Assembly: GCA_050181585.1 (NCBI GenBank)
Contig: JBFXDA010000022.1
Location: 3,844 to 67,843, forward strand
DNA length: 64,000 nucleotides
From: Reyranellaceae bacterium
GTDB lineage: Bacteria > Pseudomonadota > Alphaproteobacteria > Reyranellales > JAQSWP01
Direction: 5' to 3'
A program made the translations under genes and the position numbers. Shown piece by piece: positions 21,392 to 30,240 of the stretch (within the stretch, counting starts at the first letter, position 1; each line of letters opens with the position of its first letter). The notes beneath the pieces were generated by a model. That model made no database searches. It was not told the origin of the DNA and saw only the letters and a program-made list of their open reading frames with translations.

Positions 21392-21451
21392 AGAGACGCT
21401 GCGACAGCGTTACGGGTCGACCTGGCGGAGCAGGCAGGGGAAGCTTCAAAA

Positions 21452-22705
21452 ATGGATTCGGTCCAGCAACGCTACGACGTGGTGATCGCCGGGGCCGGCA
21501 TGGTCGGGGCCATGCTGGCGGTGGCGCTGGGCGCGGCCGGGCTGCGGGTGGCGGTGGTCGACCGCATGACGGTCGAGGCCATGGCCGATCCGCGCTTCGA
21601 CGGCCGCACCTCCGCCATCGCCTTCGGCTCGCGCCGCGCCCTGGAGCGGCTGGGCCTGTGGCAAGCGCTTGCCGCCAATGCCTGCCCGATCCGCACCATT
21701 CGCGTGTCGGACGGGCCCTCGCCGCTGTTTCTCGAATTCGATCCGCGCGATCTGCAGCGCGATGCGCGCCAGCCGGCCGAGCCTTTCGGCCATATCGTCG
21801 AGAACCGTTTCCTGCGCCGGGCCATGCATGGGCGCCTGCAGGAACTGCCCAATGTCGTGCGGCTGATGCCCGACTCCATCGTCGAAGCCGCCCGCGAGCC
21901 CGGTGCGGCGACGCTGCGCCTGGAAAGCGGCGCGACGCTGAACGCCGCCGTGCTGGTGGTGGCGGAAGGCCGCCAGTCGGCCCTGCGCGAGAAGCTCGGC
22001 ATCGGCCTGCGCCGCTTCGACTATCGCCAGACGGCGATCGTCTGCACGGTGCGGCACGAACGGCCGCATCACGACGCCGCGCAGGAACGCTTCCTGCCCG
22101 CCGGTCCCTTCGCCATGCTGCCGATGACCGACGACGAGCAGGGGCAGCATCGCTCCTCCATCGTGTGGACCGAGCGGCAGGAATTGGCGCCGCTGATGCT
22201 CAAGCTCGACGCCGAGGCGTTCGGCCTGGAGATCAACCGCCGCTTCGGCGACTATCTCGGCAAGGTGACGCCGGTGGGCGGCCGCTGGTCGTTTCCGCTG
22301 TCGCTGCAGCTTGCCGAGCGCTACACCGCCGAGCGCGCGGTGCTGGTGGGCGACGCCGCGCACGGCATCCATCCCATCGCCGGCCAGGGCCTCAATCTGG
22401 GCCTGCGCGATGCGGCGGCCCTGGCGCAGGTGCTGGTCGATGCGGCGCGCCTGGGCCTCGATATCGGCGCCGCCGACATTCTCTCGTCCTACGCGCGCTG
22501 GCGCCGGTTCGACATCCTCACCCTGGCCGCCGTCACCGACGGGCTGAACCGGCTGTTCGCCACCGACGCGCCGCCGCTGCGGCTGGCGCGCGATCTGGGG
22601 CTGGGCCTGGTCAACCGCGCCACGCCGCTGAAGCGCGTCTTCATGCGCCATGCCATGGGCGCGCTGGGCGACCTGCCGCGGCTGATCCGCGGCGAAGCGT
22701 TGTGA
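21452..22705 (+). CDS. ubiH: Ubiquinone biosynthesis flavin hydroxylase (UbiH/UbiL/Coq6 family)
   Basis: DVVIAGAGMVG FAD motif, DGRTSAI, GDAAHGIHPIAGQGLNLGLRD. Could be the alphaproteobacterial UbiL. Confidence 0.88.
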   Translation: MDSVQQRYDVVIAGAGMVGAMLAVALGAAGLRVAVVDRMTVEAMADPRFDGRTSAIAFGSRRALERLGLWQALAANACPIRTIRVSDGPSPLFLEFDPRDLQRDARQPAEPFGHIVENRFLRRAMHGRLQELPNVVRLMPDSIVEAAREPGAATLRLESGATLNAAVLVVAEGRQSALREKLGIGLRRFDYRQTAIVCTVRHERPHHDAAQERFLPAGPFAMLPMTDDEQGQHRSSIVWTERQELAPLMLKLDAEAFGLEINRRFGDYLGKVTPVGGRWSFPLSLQLAERYTAERAVLVGDAAHGIHPIAGQGLNLGLRDAAALAQVLVDAARLGLDIGAADILSSYARWRRFDILTLAAVTDGLNRLFATDAPPLRLARDLGLGLVNRATPLKRVFMRHAMGALGDLPRLIRGEAL

Positions 22706-22775
22706 GGCGTTGTGGCTTTGCCGCCACGAGGGGCGGCAATCGTCGGGCTGGCGTCGGGCCGGCCGGCATCCGCGA

Positions 22776-22805
22776 TTGACGGCGGGCCCCCGCGTGAGGC
22801 ATTTC
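22776..22805 (+). promoter_or_regulatory. Putative sigma-70 promoter placing +1 at the leader ATG
   Basis: TTGACG at 22776-22781, weak -10 (GCATTT) 17 bp later, ATG at 22812 with no SD sequence. Confidence 0.5.
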
Positions 22806-22811
22806 ACGCGC

Positions 22812-22889
22812 ATGTCTCGGCACCCCACCTTTTGGCACATCGCCACCCACCGCGCGTGGGCCGTTGGCTATGGGCGTGGCTGTGCGTGA
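22812..22889 (+). CDS. Putative attenuator leader peptide MSRHPTFWHIATHRAWAVGYGRGCA
   Basis: 25-codon ORF with 3 His, 2 Trp, Phe and Tyr; ends 18 nt before a terminator and contains a segment complementary to the terminator 5' arm. Confidence 0.55.
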   Translation: MSRHPTFWHIATHRAWAVGYGRGCA

Positions 22890-22907
22890 AGCATAGATAG
22901 CGTTCCC

Positions 22908-22949
22908 AACCAAAGGCCCCGCCGGCAACGGACGGGGCCTTTGGTTTTT
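22908..22949 (+). terminator. Intrinsic terminator / attenuator hairpin
   Basis: AACCAAAGGCCCCGCCG-GCAA-CGGACGGGGCCTTTGG followed by TTTTT. Confidence 0.9.
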
Positions 22950-22990
22950 CGGGCGTTCTCCGTTTGCCGATCGGGCCGGACGGAGATGTC

Positions 22991-23455
22991 ATGCCGGTCC
23001 AATATCTTCTCTGCCGCGCCGCCCTGCCGCTGCGAGCAATGCGGCTGCTGCCCGGGCGCACCCTGTCCTGGCCGTTGCGCGTGCAGGACGACGGCGGCTT
23101 GCGCAGCCGCGGCCTGCGCTTGCGCCTGCATGGCGTGGGCCAGGCGCAGAACGCGCCGCTGCTGGCGGCGCGCCTGGCGCTTCTGCTGGCCGCGGCACCC
23201 TGTCGCTGGCGCATCCTGGCGGTCGACCGCGACGGCACCCTGGCCGTGCTGGTGCGCGTCGGCGGCGGCAACGTCGCCGAGCGGTTGCTGCGCGAGGGGC
23301 TGGTCGACCTGCGCGGCGGCGGCACGCAGCGTCTGCGCGGCGCGCAGGAGCAGGCGCGCCGGGAGCGGCGCGGGCTGTGGCGCTTCGCCGAGGCGCCGGC
23401 GATGCGGGCCGCGCCGTCGCCGGGCGCGCCGCCGTTTCCCTGGTGGCAGGGCTAA
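22991..23455 (+). CDS. Degenerate thermonuclease (SNase)-fold protein
   Basis: GGAG RBS; LRLHGV, DRDGTLAV, NVAERLLREGL and AQEQARRERRGLW resemble SNase motifs, but DGDT, DAPE and YGR catalytic residues are missing. Confidence 0.6.
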   Translation: MPVQYLLCRAALPLRAMRLLPGRTLSWPLRVQDDGGLRSRGLRLRLHGVGQAQNAPLLAARLALLLAAAPCRWRILAVDRDGTLAVLVRVGGGNVAERLLREGLVDLRGGGTQRLRGAQEQARRERRGLWRFAEAPAMRAAPSPGAPPFPWWQG

Positions 23456-23585
23456 AGGGAACGGGAGCCGGCCCGGCCGCGTTCGAATCGGACCGAATTG
23501 CGGCGGGGGCGGTCTTGAACCCGCCCTATTCGCCGCCTAAGTCGCTTGGCCATCAGAAGCGATTTTCCGCCCCGTTGGAGGACCC

Positions 23586-24731
23586 ATGCTCCGCCTGATC
23601 CGCAGCTTTCCGCTCGTCCTCGTGCTGGCCCTGGCCGCGCCGCTCGCCGCGCCTGCCGTGGCCCAGAACCTGGCACAGAACCGCACCCCGGTGCTGGAGG
23701 CGCAGCCGGCGCCGTCGCTGGCGCCGCTGGTCAAGACCGTCACGCCGGCCGTGGTGAACATTTCCGTCGTCTCCACCATGCGGGTCGAGGAGAACCCGCT
23801 CTATCGCGATCCCTTCTTCCGCCGCTTCTTCAACGTGCCCGACCAGCCGCAGGCGCAGCAGCGCCAAGCCGCCGGTTCGGGCGTCATCGTCGATGCCGGG
23901 CGCGGCTACGTCATGACCAACAACCACGTCGTGGCCCGCGCCGACAAGATCGCGGTGACCTTGAAGGACGGGCGCACGCTGAACGCCAAGCTGATCGGCA
24001 CCGATCCCGGCACCGACATCGCCGTGCTGCAGATCCCGGCCGAGAACCTGACGGCGCTGCCGCTGGGCGATTCGGGCCAGCTCGAGGTCGGCGACTACGT
24101 GGTGGCGATCGGCAATCCGTTCGGGCTGGGCCAGACCGTGACCAGCGGCATCGTCTCCGCACTGGGCCGCTCGGGCCTGCGCATCGAGGGCTACGAGGAC
24201 TTCATCCAGACCGACGCCTCGATCAATCCCGGCAATTCGGGCGGCGCGCTGGTCGACCTGCGCGGCCGGCTGGTCGGCATCAACACCGCCATCATCGCGC
24301 CGTCGGGCGGCAATGTCGGCATCGGCTTCGCCGTGCCCATAAACATGGCGCGCGCGGTGTTCGACCAGCTGGTCGAATACGGCAAGGTGCAGCGCGGCCG
24401 CGTCGGCGTGCAGGTGCAGGACGTCACGCCCGAGATCGCCGCCGCCATCGGCATGAAGCAGCCGACCGGCGCGCTGATCGCCCGCGTCGAGCCCAATTCG
24501 CCCGCCGCCAAGGCCGGGCTGAAGCAGGGCGACGTGGTGCTGGAAGTCAACGGCACGACGGTGCGCAACTCGTCCGACCTGCGCAACCGCATCGGCCTGG
24601 TGCGCATCGGCGAGAAGGTCGACGTCACCTATCGCCGCAACGAGGACGAGCGCAGCACCTCGATGCGGGTCGCCGACATGCCGCTGCCGCAGCGCGAGCA
24701 ACCGCAGCGCCAGGGCCTGCAGCAGCGCTGA
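23586..24731 (+). CDS. DegP/DegQ (HtrA) periplasmic serine protease with a single PDZ domain
   Basis: Signal peptide; triad TNNHVV, TDIA, INPGNSGG; C-terminal PDZ (SPAAKAGLKQGDVV). Confidence 0.92.
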   Translation: MLRLIRSFPLVLVLALAAPLAAPAVAQNLAQNRTPVLEAQPAPSLAPLVKTVTPAVVNISVVSTMRVEENPLYRDPFFRRFFNVPDQPQAQQRQAAGSGVIVDAGRGYVMTNNHVVARADKIAVTLKDGRTLNAKLIGTDPGTDIAVLQIPAENLTALPLGDSGQLEVGDYVVAIGNPFGLGQTVTSGIVSALGRSGLRIEGYEDFIQTDASINPGNSGGALVDLRGRLVGINTAIIAPSGGNVGIGFAVPINMARAVFDQLVEYGKVQRGRVGVQVQDVTPEIAAAIGMKQPTGALIARVEPNSPAAKAGLKQGDVVLEVNGTTVRNSSDLRNRIGLVRIGEKVDVTYRRNEDERSTSMRVADMPLPQREQPQRQGLQQR

Positions 24732-24770
24732 TCGTGCGCTTTGGTCGGAGAACGGCCGAGTCGGAGAACG

Positions 24771-24800
24771 GAAGAGCCGCGTCCCGCGCGGCTCTTTTCG
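24771..24800 (+). terminator. Terminator between convergent genes
   Basis: AAGAGCCGCG-TCCCG-CGCGGCTCTT followed by TTCG. Confidence 0.7.
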
Positions 24801-24802
24801 TT

Positions 24803-25189
24803 TCAGGGATCGCGGCTCAGGCCACGCTGCGCCAGCGCCTTGAGATAGTCGCTCCACACCTGGTCCTGACGCTGCCCCAGATCGTGGAGATAGGCCCAGG
24901 AATAGATGCCGGTGTCGTGGCCGTCGTCGAACAGGATGCGGATGGCGTAGTTGCCGACTTCCTCGATGCCGGCGATCTTCACGTAGCGGCGGCCGGCCAC
25001 GATGGTCTTGTGCGCCCCATGGCCCTGCACCTCGGCCGACGGGCTTTCCACGCGCAGCAGCTCGGCCGGATAGACGAACTTGCCGCCATCGGCGAAATCG
25101 ACCTCCAGCCGTCCGGCCGCCTTGAAGACGCGGATTTCCGCCGGCCAGGGCGTGTCGGCGCTGTTGCCCGAACGCGCGTTGCCCGCCAT
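24803..25189 (-). CDS. DUF971 / gamma-butyrobetaine hydroxylase-like N-terminal domain protein
   Basis: AELLRVESPSAEVQGH, VGNYAIRILFDDGHDTGIYSWAYL motifs. Confidence 0.85.
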   Translation of the reverse strand: MAGNARSGNSADTPWPAEIRVFKAAGRLEVDFADGGKFVYPAELLRVESPSAEVQGHGAHKTIVAGRRYVKIAGIEEVGNYAIRILFDDGHDTGIYSWAYLHDLGQRQDQVWSDYLKALAQRGLSRDP

Positions 25190-25196
25190 GGCGTCC

Positions 25197-25418
25197 TCAG
25201 CCCTGATCCAAAGGCCGCGCCTCGTCGGGCAGCATGATGGGAATGCCGTCGCGGATCGGATAGGCGAGCCCGGCGCGCTCGCTGACCAGCTCCAGGCGCT
25301 GGGCGTCGAAGCGCAGCGGCCCCTTGGTCAGCGGACAGACCAGGATCTCCAGCAGCTTCGGGTCCAGCCCGGCCGCTGCGGCGGCATTGCGGTCGTCGGT
25401 GCTCGCGTCTGTGCTCAT
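25197..25418 (-). CDS. Trm112 family protein (YcaR-like)
   Basis: [18 protein letters not shown]...[17 protein letters not shown]. Confidence 0.88.
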   Translation of the reverse strand: MSTDASTDDRNAAAAAGLDPKLLEILVCPLTKGPLRFDAQRLELVSERAGLAYPIRDGIPIMLPDEARPLDQG

Positions 25419-25478
25419 GGTCGGAATCTTCCAGCTTGCGGCGATGGCGTCAATGTAAGGAAAGACGCCACTCTCCAA

Positions 25479-25560
25479 TCCTCGCCCTGAGCCCGTCGAA
25501 GGGCGGGCTACACAGGCGGCGTCTCCATAACCTCATCCTTCGACGGGCTCAGGATGAGGA
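25479..25560. repeat. CCTC-ended palindromic doublet
   Basis: TCCTCGCCCTGAGCCCGTCGAAGGGCG ... CCTCATCCTTCGACGGGCTCAGGATGAGGA. Confidence 0.85.
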
Positions 25561-25581
25561 CAATTCTACCGCTGCCACCAG

Positions 25582-26271
25582 TCAATGCCGCGGCGCCGGC
25601 GCATCGTCGTCGCGCCGCGCCGGGGCGGCTTCCAGCACGCCGATCAGCACCTTGGCGCGGATGGTGCCGTCGGCGGCTTCCAGCAGCGCCTGTTTGTCGA
25701 GCGGCTCCAGCGGCGCCACCATGCTGATGGTGCCGACCAGGGCCGCGTCGTCGAGCTTGTCCAGCGCCTGCCAGTCGACCGACAGATTGCCGGCGGCGAA
25801 GTAGCGCTTCAGCGCCGCCAGCAGGCGCGGGCGGTCGAGCTCGACCGGCGCGCGCGCCATGTCGGCGCGGAACCGCGCGTAGTCGGCGCGCACGAGGCGA
25901 TAGCCGCCGGCGGCCAGCGGCTCCTCGCCGGCGATGGCGAAGCGGCAGATGCCGAGCAGCGTCAGCAACACGCGCCCGTCGCCGGTCTCGCCGAAGGAGA
26001 CGATGCGGCCCACGCAGCCGATCTTCTGCACCGGCGGCGGACCCTCGCCGCCGGCCAGCCCGTCGCCGGCGAAGCCGCCGGGCACGGTCGGCTGCACCAT
26101 GCCGATCAGGCGCTGGCGGCCCAGCGCGTCGGACACCATCGCCAGATAGCGCGGCTCGAATATGTTGAGCGGCAGCCGGCCGCCGGGCAGCAGTAGCACG
26201 CCGGAGAGCGGAAAGATCGGCAGGGTCGCGGGCAGCGACTCGTAGCTGGTGGAAAAAAGATGCGCCGTCAC
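25582..26271 (-). CDS. LON peptidase substrate-binding domain protein
   Basis: LPIFPLSGVLLLPGGRLPLNIFEPRYLAMV; GTG overlaps the cnoX stop. Confidence 0.85.
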   Translation of the reverse strand: MTAHLFSTSYESLPATLPIFPLSGVLLLPGGRLPLNIFEPRYLAMVSDALGRQRLIGMVQPTVPGGFAGDGLAGGEGPPPVQKIGCVGRIVSFGETGDGRVLLTLLGICRFAIAGEEPLAAGGYRLVRADYARFRADMARAPVELDRPRLLAALKRYFAAGNLSVDWQALDKLDDAALVGTISMVAPLEPLDKQALLEAADGTIRAKVLIGVLEAAPARRDDDAPAPRH

Positions 26272-27194
26272 GAGAACAGGATCGAGGACAGCCGCTTGCG
26301 CGCGTCGACGGTGAGCGGGTCCATCGCGCCCAGCGCCTCGAAGAACTTCACCAACTGCTTGCGCGCCGCCTCGTCGTTCCATTTGCGGTCGCGGCGGACG
26401 ATCTCCAGCAACGCGTCGATCGCCGCTTCGCGCTCGCCGCCGGCATAGAGCGCCATGGCGAGATCGAAGCGCGCCTGGTGGTTCTTGGGATCGGCCTCGA
26501 CCTTGGCCTTCAGCTCGGCCGCCGGCCCGGCCTTCTCGGCCTGCTCGGCCAGTTCGATGGCGGCGCGGGCGGCGGCGATCTCGGCGTGGTTGGCGTGCTC
26601 CTTGGGCGCGGTGGCCAGGGTCGCCTTGGCGCGCGCCACGTCGCCCGCCTTCAGATAGGCGCGCGTCATGCCGCCGATCGCCTCCGCGTTGCCGGGATCG
26701 ATCTGCAGCACCTCGGCGAAGATCTGCGAGGCGGTCATCATGTCGCCCGCGTCCAGCGCCTGCTTGGCCTGGGCCACCGCTTCCGCCAGTTGCGCGGCCT
26801 CGCCGCCCCCGGCGCCGCCGGCGACCTGGATCAGCTTGCCGACGAATTCCTTGAGCTGGCTCTCGGGCAGCGCGCCCATGAAGCCGTCCACCGGCCGGCC
26901 CTGGTAGAAGGCGTAGACGGTGGGGATCGACTGGATGCGCAATTGCTGCGCCAGGGCCTGGTTCTCGTCGATGTTGATCTTGACCAGCTTCACCGCGCCC
27001 TTGGCGGCGGTGACCGTCTTCTCGAGCAGCGGCGTGAGCTGCTTGCACGGCCCGCACCAGGGCGCCCAGAAATCGACGATCACCGGCTTCTCGCGCGAGG
27101 CGTCGAGCACGTCCTTGGCGAAACGGGCCTGGGTGCTGTCGACGATGTCGCCGCCGGCCGGGGCGGTCTGGTTCTGGCCGAGAATCGTTTCCAT
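26268..27194 (-). CDS. cnoX: Thioredoxin-TPR chaperedoxin CnoX/YbbN
   Basis: VDFWAPWCGPCK followed by a TPR region ending ARKRLSSILFS. Confidence 0.9.
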   Translation of the reverse strand: METILGQNQTAPAGGDIVDSTQARFAKDVLDASREKPVIVDFWAPWCGPCKQLTPLLEKTVTAAKGAVKLVKINIDENQALAQQLRIQSIPTVYAFYQGRPVDGFMGALPESQLKEFVGKLIQVAGGAGGGEAAQLAEAVAQAKQALDAGDMMTASQIFAEVLQIDPGNAEAIGGMTRAYLKAGDVARAKATLATAPKEHANHAEIAAARAAIELAEQAEKAGPAAELKAKVEADPKNHQARFDLAMALYAGGEREAAIDALLEIVRRDRKWNDEAARKQLVKFFEALGAMDPLTVDARKRLSSILFS

Positions 27195-27306
27195 TGGGTC
27201 CTCGAAGGGTCCGGGTAAGCGTCGCTTTGCAGGCCAGAACATGGGCTTTCCCGGCCAGCGAGGCAAGCCCGCCCCGGCCGCCGCCGCGGCGACAAATCGG
27301 GGTCTC

Positions 27307-27828
27307 CTATCCGGCCGGCCGCTCGGGAATGTCGATCATGAGCGGCTCGTGCCCGGTGGCGCGCAGGAAGCGCAGCAGATCGTCGGCGGCCAGCGCGGTG
27401 GTCATGGTGTTGACCAGCGGATGGCAGTTGACCGGCCCGCCCGCCAGCAGGGTGCGGTCCAGGCAGACTCTTACCGCGCCGTCCCTGTCGTTGATGGCGG
27501 CCAGCGGCGTGACCGCGCCGGGCAGCACGCCGAGATATTTCATCAGCCGCTCGGCGCTGCCGAAGGAGAGCTTGCCCGCGCCCAGCCGTTCGGCCAGCGC
27601 CTTCAGATCGACCCGCCGGTCCTCCTGCGCCACGACCAGGAACATGGTCTCGCGCCGGTCGCGCACGAACAGGTTCTTGATGTGCAGCCCGGGCAGCTCG
27701 CCGCGCAGCGCCTTGGAGTCCTCGACGGTGAAGAGCGGCGGATGCTCGACCGTGCGGCAGGCGATGCCCAGGGCGGCGATGTGGTCGAAAAGCCGTTGCG
27801 GGCTGGTGGGGAGGGACGCGCTATCCAT
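27307..27828 (-). CDS. Aminoacyl-tRNA editing protein (ProXp-ala / YbaK family)
   Basis: EHPPLFTVE, HIKNLF (conserved Lys), GKLSFGS, PGAVTP, CHPLVNT motifs. Confidence 0.88.
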   Translation of the reverse strand: MDSASLPTSPQRLFDHIAALGIACRTVEHPPLFTVEDSKALRGELPGLHIKNLFVRDRRETMFLVVAQEDRRVDLKALAERLGAGKLSFGSAERLMKYLGVLPGAVTPLAAINDRDGAVRVCLDRTLLAGGPVNCHPLVNTMTTALAADDLLRFLRATGHEPLMIDIPERPAG

Positions 27829-27874
27829 GACGGGCGGCAGACTAATGCCCGCCGCCCGTCGGTTGAAGTGCGAT

Positions 27875-28993
27875 CTAGCGGCCCAGCGCGCGGGCGAAAT
27901 CGAAATGGTAGCCGAGATAGACCCGGATCCAGTCGGTATGCACGCCCTCGATCTTCTCGTGGCGATAGCCGGCGCCCAGCTCGAAGCCGTGGCCGATCTC
28001 GCGGCCGACATTGAAGCCCACCATCCAGTCGGTGACGTCCGGCCCGTCGGCCTTGGCGACGTTGACGTGGCGGCGCGAGCCGGCCAGGCCGATGTTCCAC
28101 TGCTCGAGCGCCAGCGTCAGGCCGGCGGTCAGCAGGCCGGCCGTCTCGGTGCCGCCCTCGAAATTCCCGAAGCGCACGTACTCGACCAGCGGCGTCAGGA
28201 CGGCGCCGTCCGCGAGTTCGATGCGCCAGCCGAGACCGACGGCGTAGGCGGTCTCGTCCTTCAGCTCGGTGCGGCCGCGCGCCAGGTGGCGGACGCCCAG
28301 GTGGTAGAACAGGCCGGGCGCGAAGTCGAAATCGCCGCCGTCCAAGGTGGCGGAGAAATTGTTCAGCTTGCCGGTATTGCCCGGCCCGCCGTCGCGGCGG
28401 CGCAGATGGGAGAGGCGGCTGGCGCGCTCGTCGTCGGCCTTGGGCGAAGAAAACAGCGAGCGGTGCAGGAAGGTGGTGTCGACGAAGAAGGCGGCGGCGT
28501 TGAGCTGGTGCCTTCCGAAGCCGGAAGGCGCGGCGGTGAGGCTGCCGCCCAGCCCGATCATCTCGGTGGTCTCGTATTCCTCGGAGAATTCCTCGATCAG
28601 CAACTCGGGCAGGCGGGCCCAGGCCATGCCGAAGGTCGGATTGAACTTGCCGGCATAGACGCCGACATGCTCGCTCTCGTAGTCGAGATAGAGCTGCTCC
28701 AGGAACAGGCCGGTGCCGCTGACATAGCGGTCGCGGCCGGGGCGCGGATCGCGCACCGATTCCACTTTCAGCGTGCTCTGCAGCGACAGTTCGGGGATGA
28801 AATAGAAGCCGAGATTGGCGTCGCCGTGCAGGTTGACGTCCAGCCGCTCGTTGTCGGCCAGGTCCGATTGCGGAAAGACGTCGAAGCGCAGTTCGAAATG
28901 CCCGTCGGCGACGAACTTGGGATAGTCCTGCGCCATGGCCGCCGTCGCTATACCCAGAATCAGGGCGCAGCTCGCCCCTGCGATTTTCAGCAT
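27875..28993 (-). CDS. Putative outer-membrane beta-barrel (porin-like) protein
   Basis: Signal peptide (AMA-QD), amphipathic beta-strands rich in Gly and aromatics, EQLYL...YAGKFNPTFG, near-terminal LGYHF. Confidence 0.65.
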   Translation of the reverse strand: MLKIAGASCALILGIATAAMAQDYPKFVADGHFELRFDVFPQSDLADNERLDVNLHGDANLGFYFIPELSLQSTLKVESVRDPRPGRDRYVSGTGLFLEQLYLDYESEHVGVYAGKFNPTFGMAWARLPELLIEEFSEEYETTEMIGLGGSLTAAPSGFGRHQLNAAAFFVDTTFLHRSLFSSPKADDERASRLSHLRRRDGGPGNTGKLNNFSATLDGGDFDFAPGLFYHLGVRHLARGRTELKDETAYAVGLGWRIELADGAVLTPLVEYVRFGNFEGGTETAGLLTAGLTLALEQWNIGLAGSRRHVNVAKADGPDVTDWMVGFNVGREIGHGFELGAGYRHEKIEGVHTDWIRVYLGYHFDFARALGR

Positions 28994-29038
28994 CGCCCGT
29001 TTCTCCCCTGTTGTAAGGCGCGTTGCGCCGGCGGATCG

Positions 29039-30013
29039 CTAGTTGCGCGCCATGCCGGCCTGCAGCATTGCCGCGTTGTGCTCGAACATCTTGACGTAGC
29101 TGTCGGCGGGACCGCCCGGCGGCGACAGCGCGTCGGAATAGAGCGTGCCGCCGAGGCTGGCGCCGGCGTCGCGGCCGATCTGCTCGATCAGGCGCGGGCT
29201 GCTCATGTTCTCGACGAACAGCGCCTTGACGTTCTCCTTGCGGATCTGCGCGATCAGGGCGGCGATCTGCCGCGCCGAGGGCTCGGCGTCGCCGGACGAG
29301 GCGATGGCGGGAATGAACTCGACGCCGTAGGCCTTGCCGAAATAGGCGAAGGCGTCGTGCGAGGTGATGACGCGGCGCTTCTCGCGCGCGATGGCGGCGA
29401 AGTCGCGGCGCAGGCGCGCGTCGAGCGCGGCCAGGCGCTGCTGGTAGGCGGCGGCGCGCTGGGCATAGAAGGCGGCGCCGGCCGGATCGGCCTCGGCCAG
29501 GCCGCGGGCGATGTTGTCGACATAGGCGCGGCCATTGGCCAGGTCCTGCCAGGCATGCGGATCGGAGACCGGCGTCGCCGCCTTCGCCTTCTTGCGCGTC
29601 GAGGTCGTACCGCCATGGCTGTGCCCGTGGCTGTGGCCATGCCCGTGATCGTCTTCTTCCATGGTCAGCGGCGCGATGCCGGTGGAGGCGACGACCAGCC
29701 GGCCCTTGAAGCCGGCGGAGCGCTGCAGCCGGTCCAGCCAGCCTTCGAAGCCCAGCCCGTTGACGATCAGCACGGCGGCTTGCGCCACCGCGCGCGCATC
29801 GTTGGGCGAAGGCTGGAAGACATGCGCATCGCCATCCGGCCCGACCAGCGACTGCACCTCGACGCGCTCGCCGCCGATCTCGCGCGCCATGTCGGCCAGG
29901 ATGGAGAAACTCGCCACCACTTTCGGCTTCGGTTGCGCCTGGAGCGCCCCCGGCGTCAGGCCGAAAACCGCGACGGCGACCAGCATTTGCCACAGGGCGA
30001 CGCGACGGGACAT
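29039..30013 (-). CDS. Zinc ABC transporter substrate-binding protein (ZnuA/AztC/TroA cluster)
   Basis: VVASFSILAD, DAHVF, His-rich loop EEDDHGHGHSHGHSHG, DPHAW, TSHDAF, LYSDAL. Confidence 0.9.
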   Translation of the reverse strand: MSRRVALWQMLVAVAVFGLTPGALQAQPKPKVVASFSILADMAREIGGERVEVQSLVGPDGDAHVFQPSPNDARAVAQAAVLIVNGLGFEGWLDRLQRSAGFKGRLVVASTGIAPLTMEEDDHGHGHSHGHSHGGTTSTRKKAKAATPVSDPHAWQDLANGRAYVDNIARGLAEADPAGAAFYAQRAAAYQQRLAALDARLRRDFAAIAREKRRVITSHDAFAYFGKAYGVEFIPAIASSGDAEPSARQIAALIAQIRKENVKALFVENMSSPRLIEQIGRDAGASLGGTLYSDALSPPGGPADSYVKMFEHNAAMLQAGMARN

Positions 30014-30065
30014 GGCAACACCTTGAATCGACTGAATAAAGCGTCAGCCTCACGCTGCCGCAAGC

Positions 30066-30088
30066 AGAACGTTATAATATAACATTCG
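30066..30088. promoter_or_regulatory. Zur box
   Basis: AGAACGTTATAATATAACATTCG versus proteobacterial consensus GAAATGTTATAnTATAACATTTC, about 50 bp upstream of the zinc SBP gene. Confidence 0.85.
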
Positions 30089-30125
30089 CGAGATCAAGCG
30101 GGTCGCGCCGGCGCGGCGACAGTGC

Positions 30126-30153
30126 TTGCATTGGCAATCGTCCTGACTATGAT
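30126..30153 (+). promoter_or_regulatory. Putative tRNA promoter
   Basis: TTGCAT-N16-TATGAT, 12 bp before the tRNA. Confidence 0.55.
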
Positions 30154-30165
30154 GCGCGGGCTTTT

Positions 30166-30240
30166 GCGGGCGTAGCTCAGGGGTAGAGCACAACCTTGCC
30201 AAGGTTGGGGTCGAGGGTTCGAATCCCTTCGCCCGCTCCA
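30166..30240 (+). tRNA. tRNA-Gly (GCC)
   Basis: 75 nt cloverleaf GCGGGCG...CGCCCGC-TCCA, anticodon loop TTGCCAA, T-loop GTTCGAATC. Confidence 0.97.
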
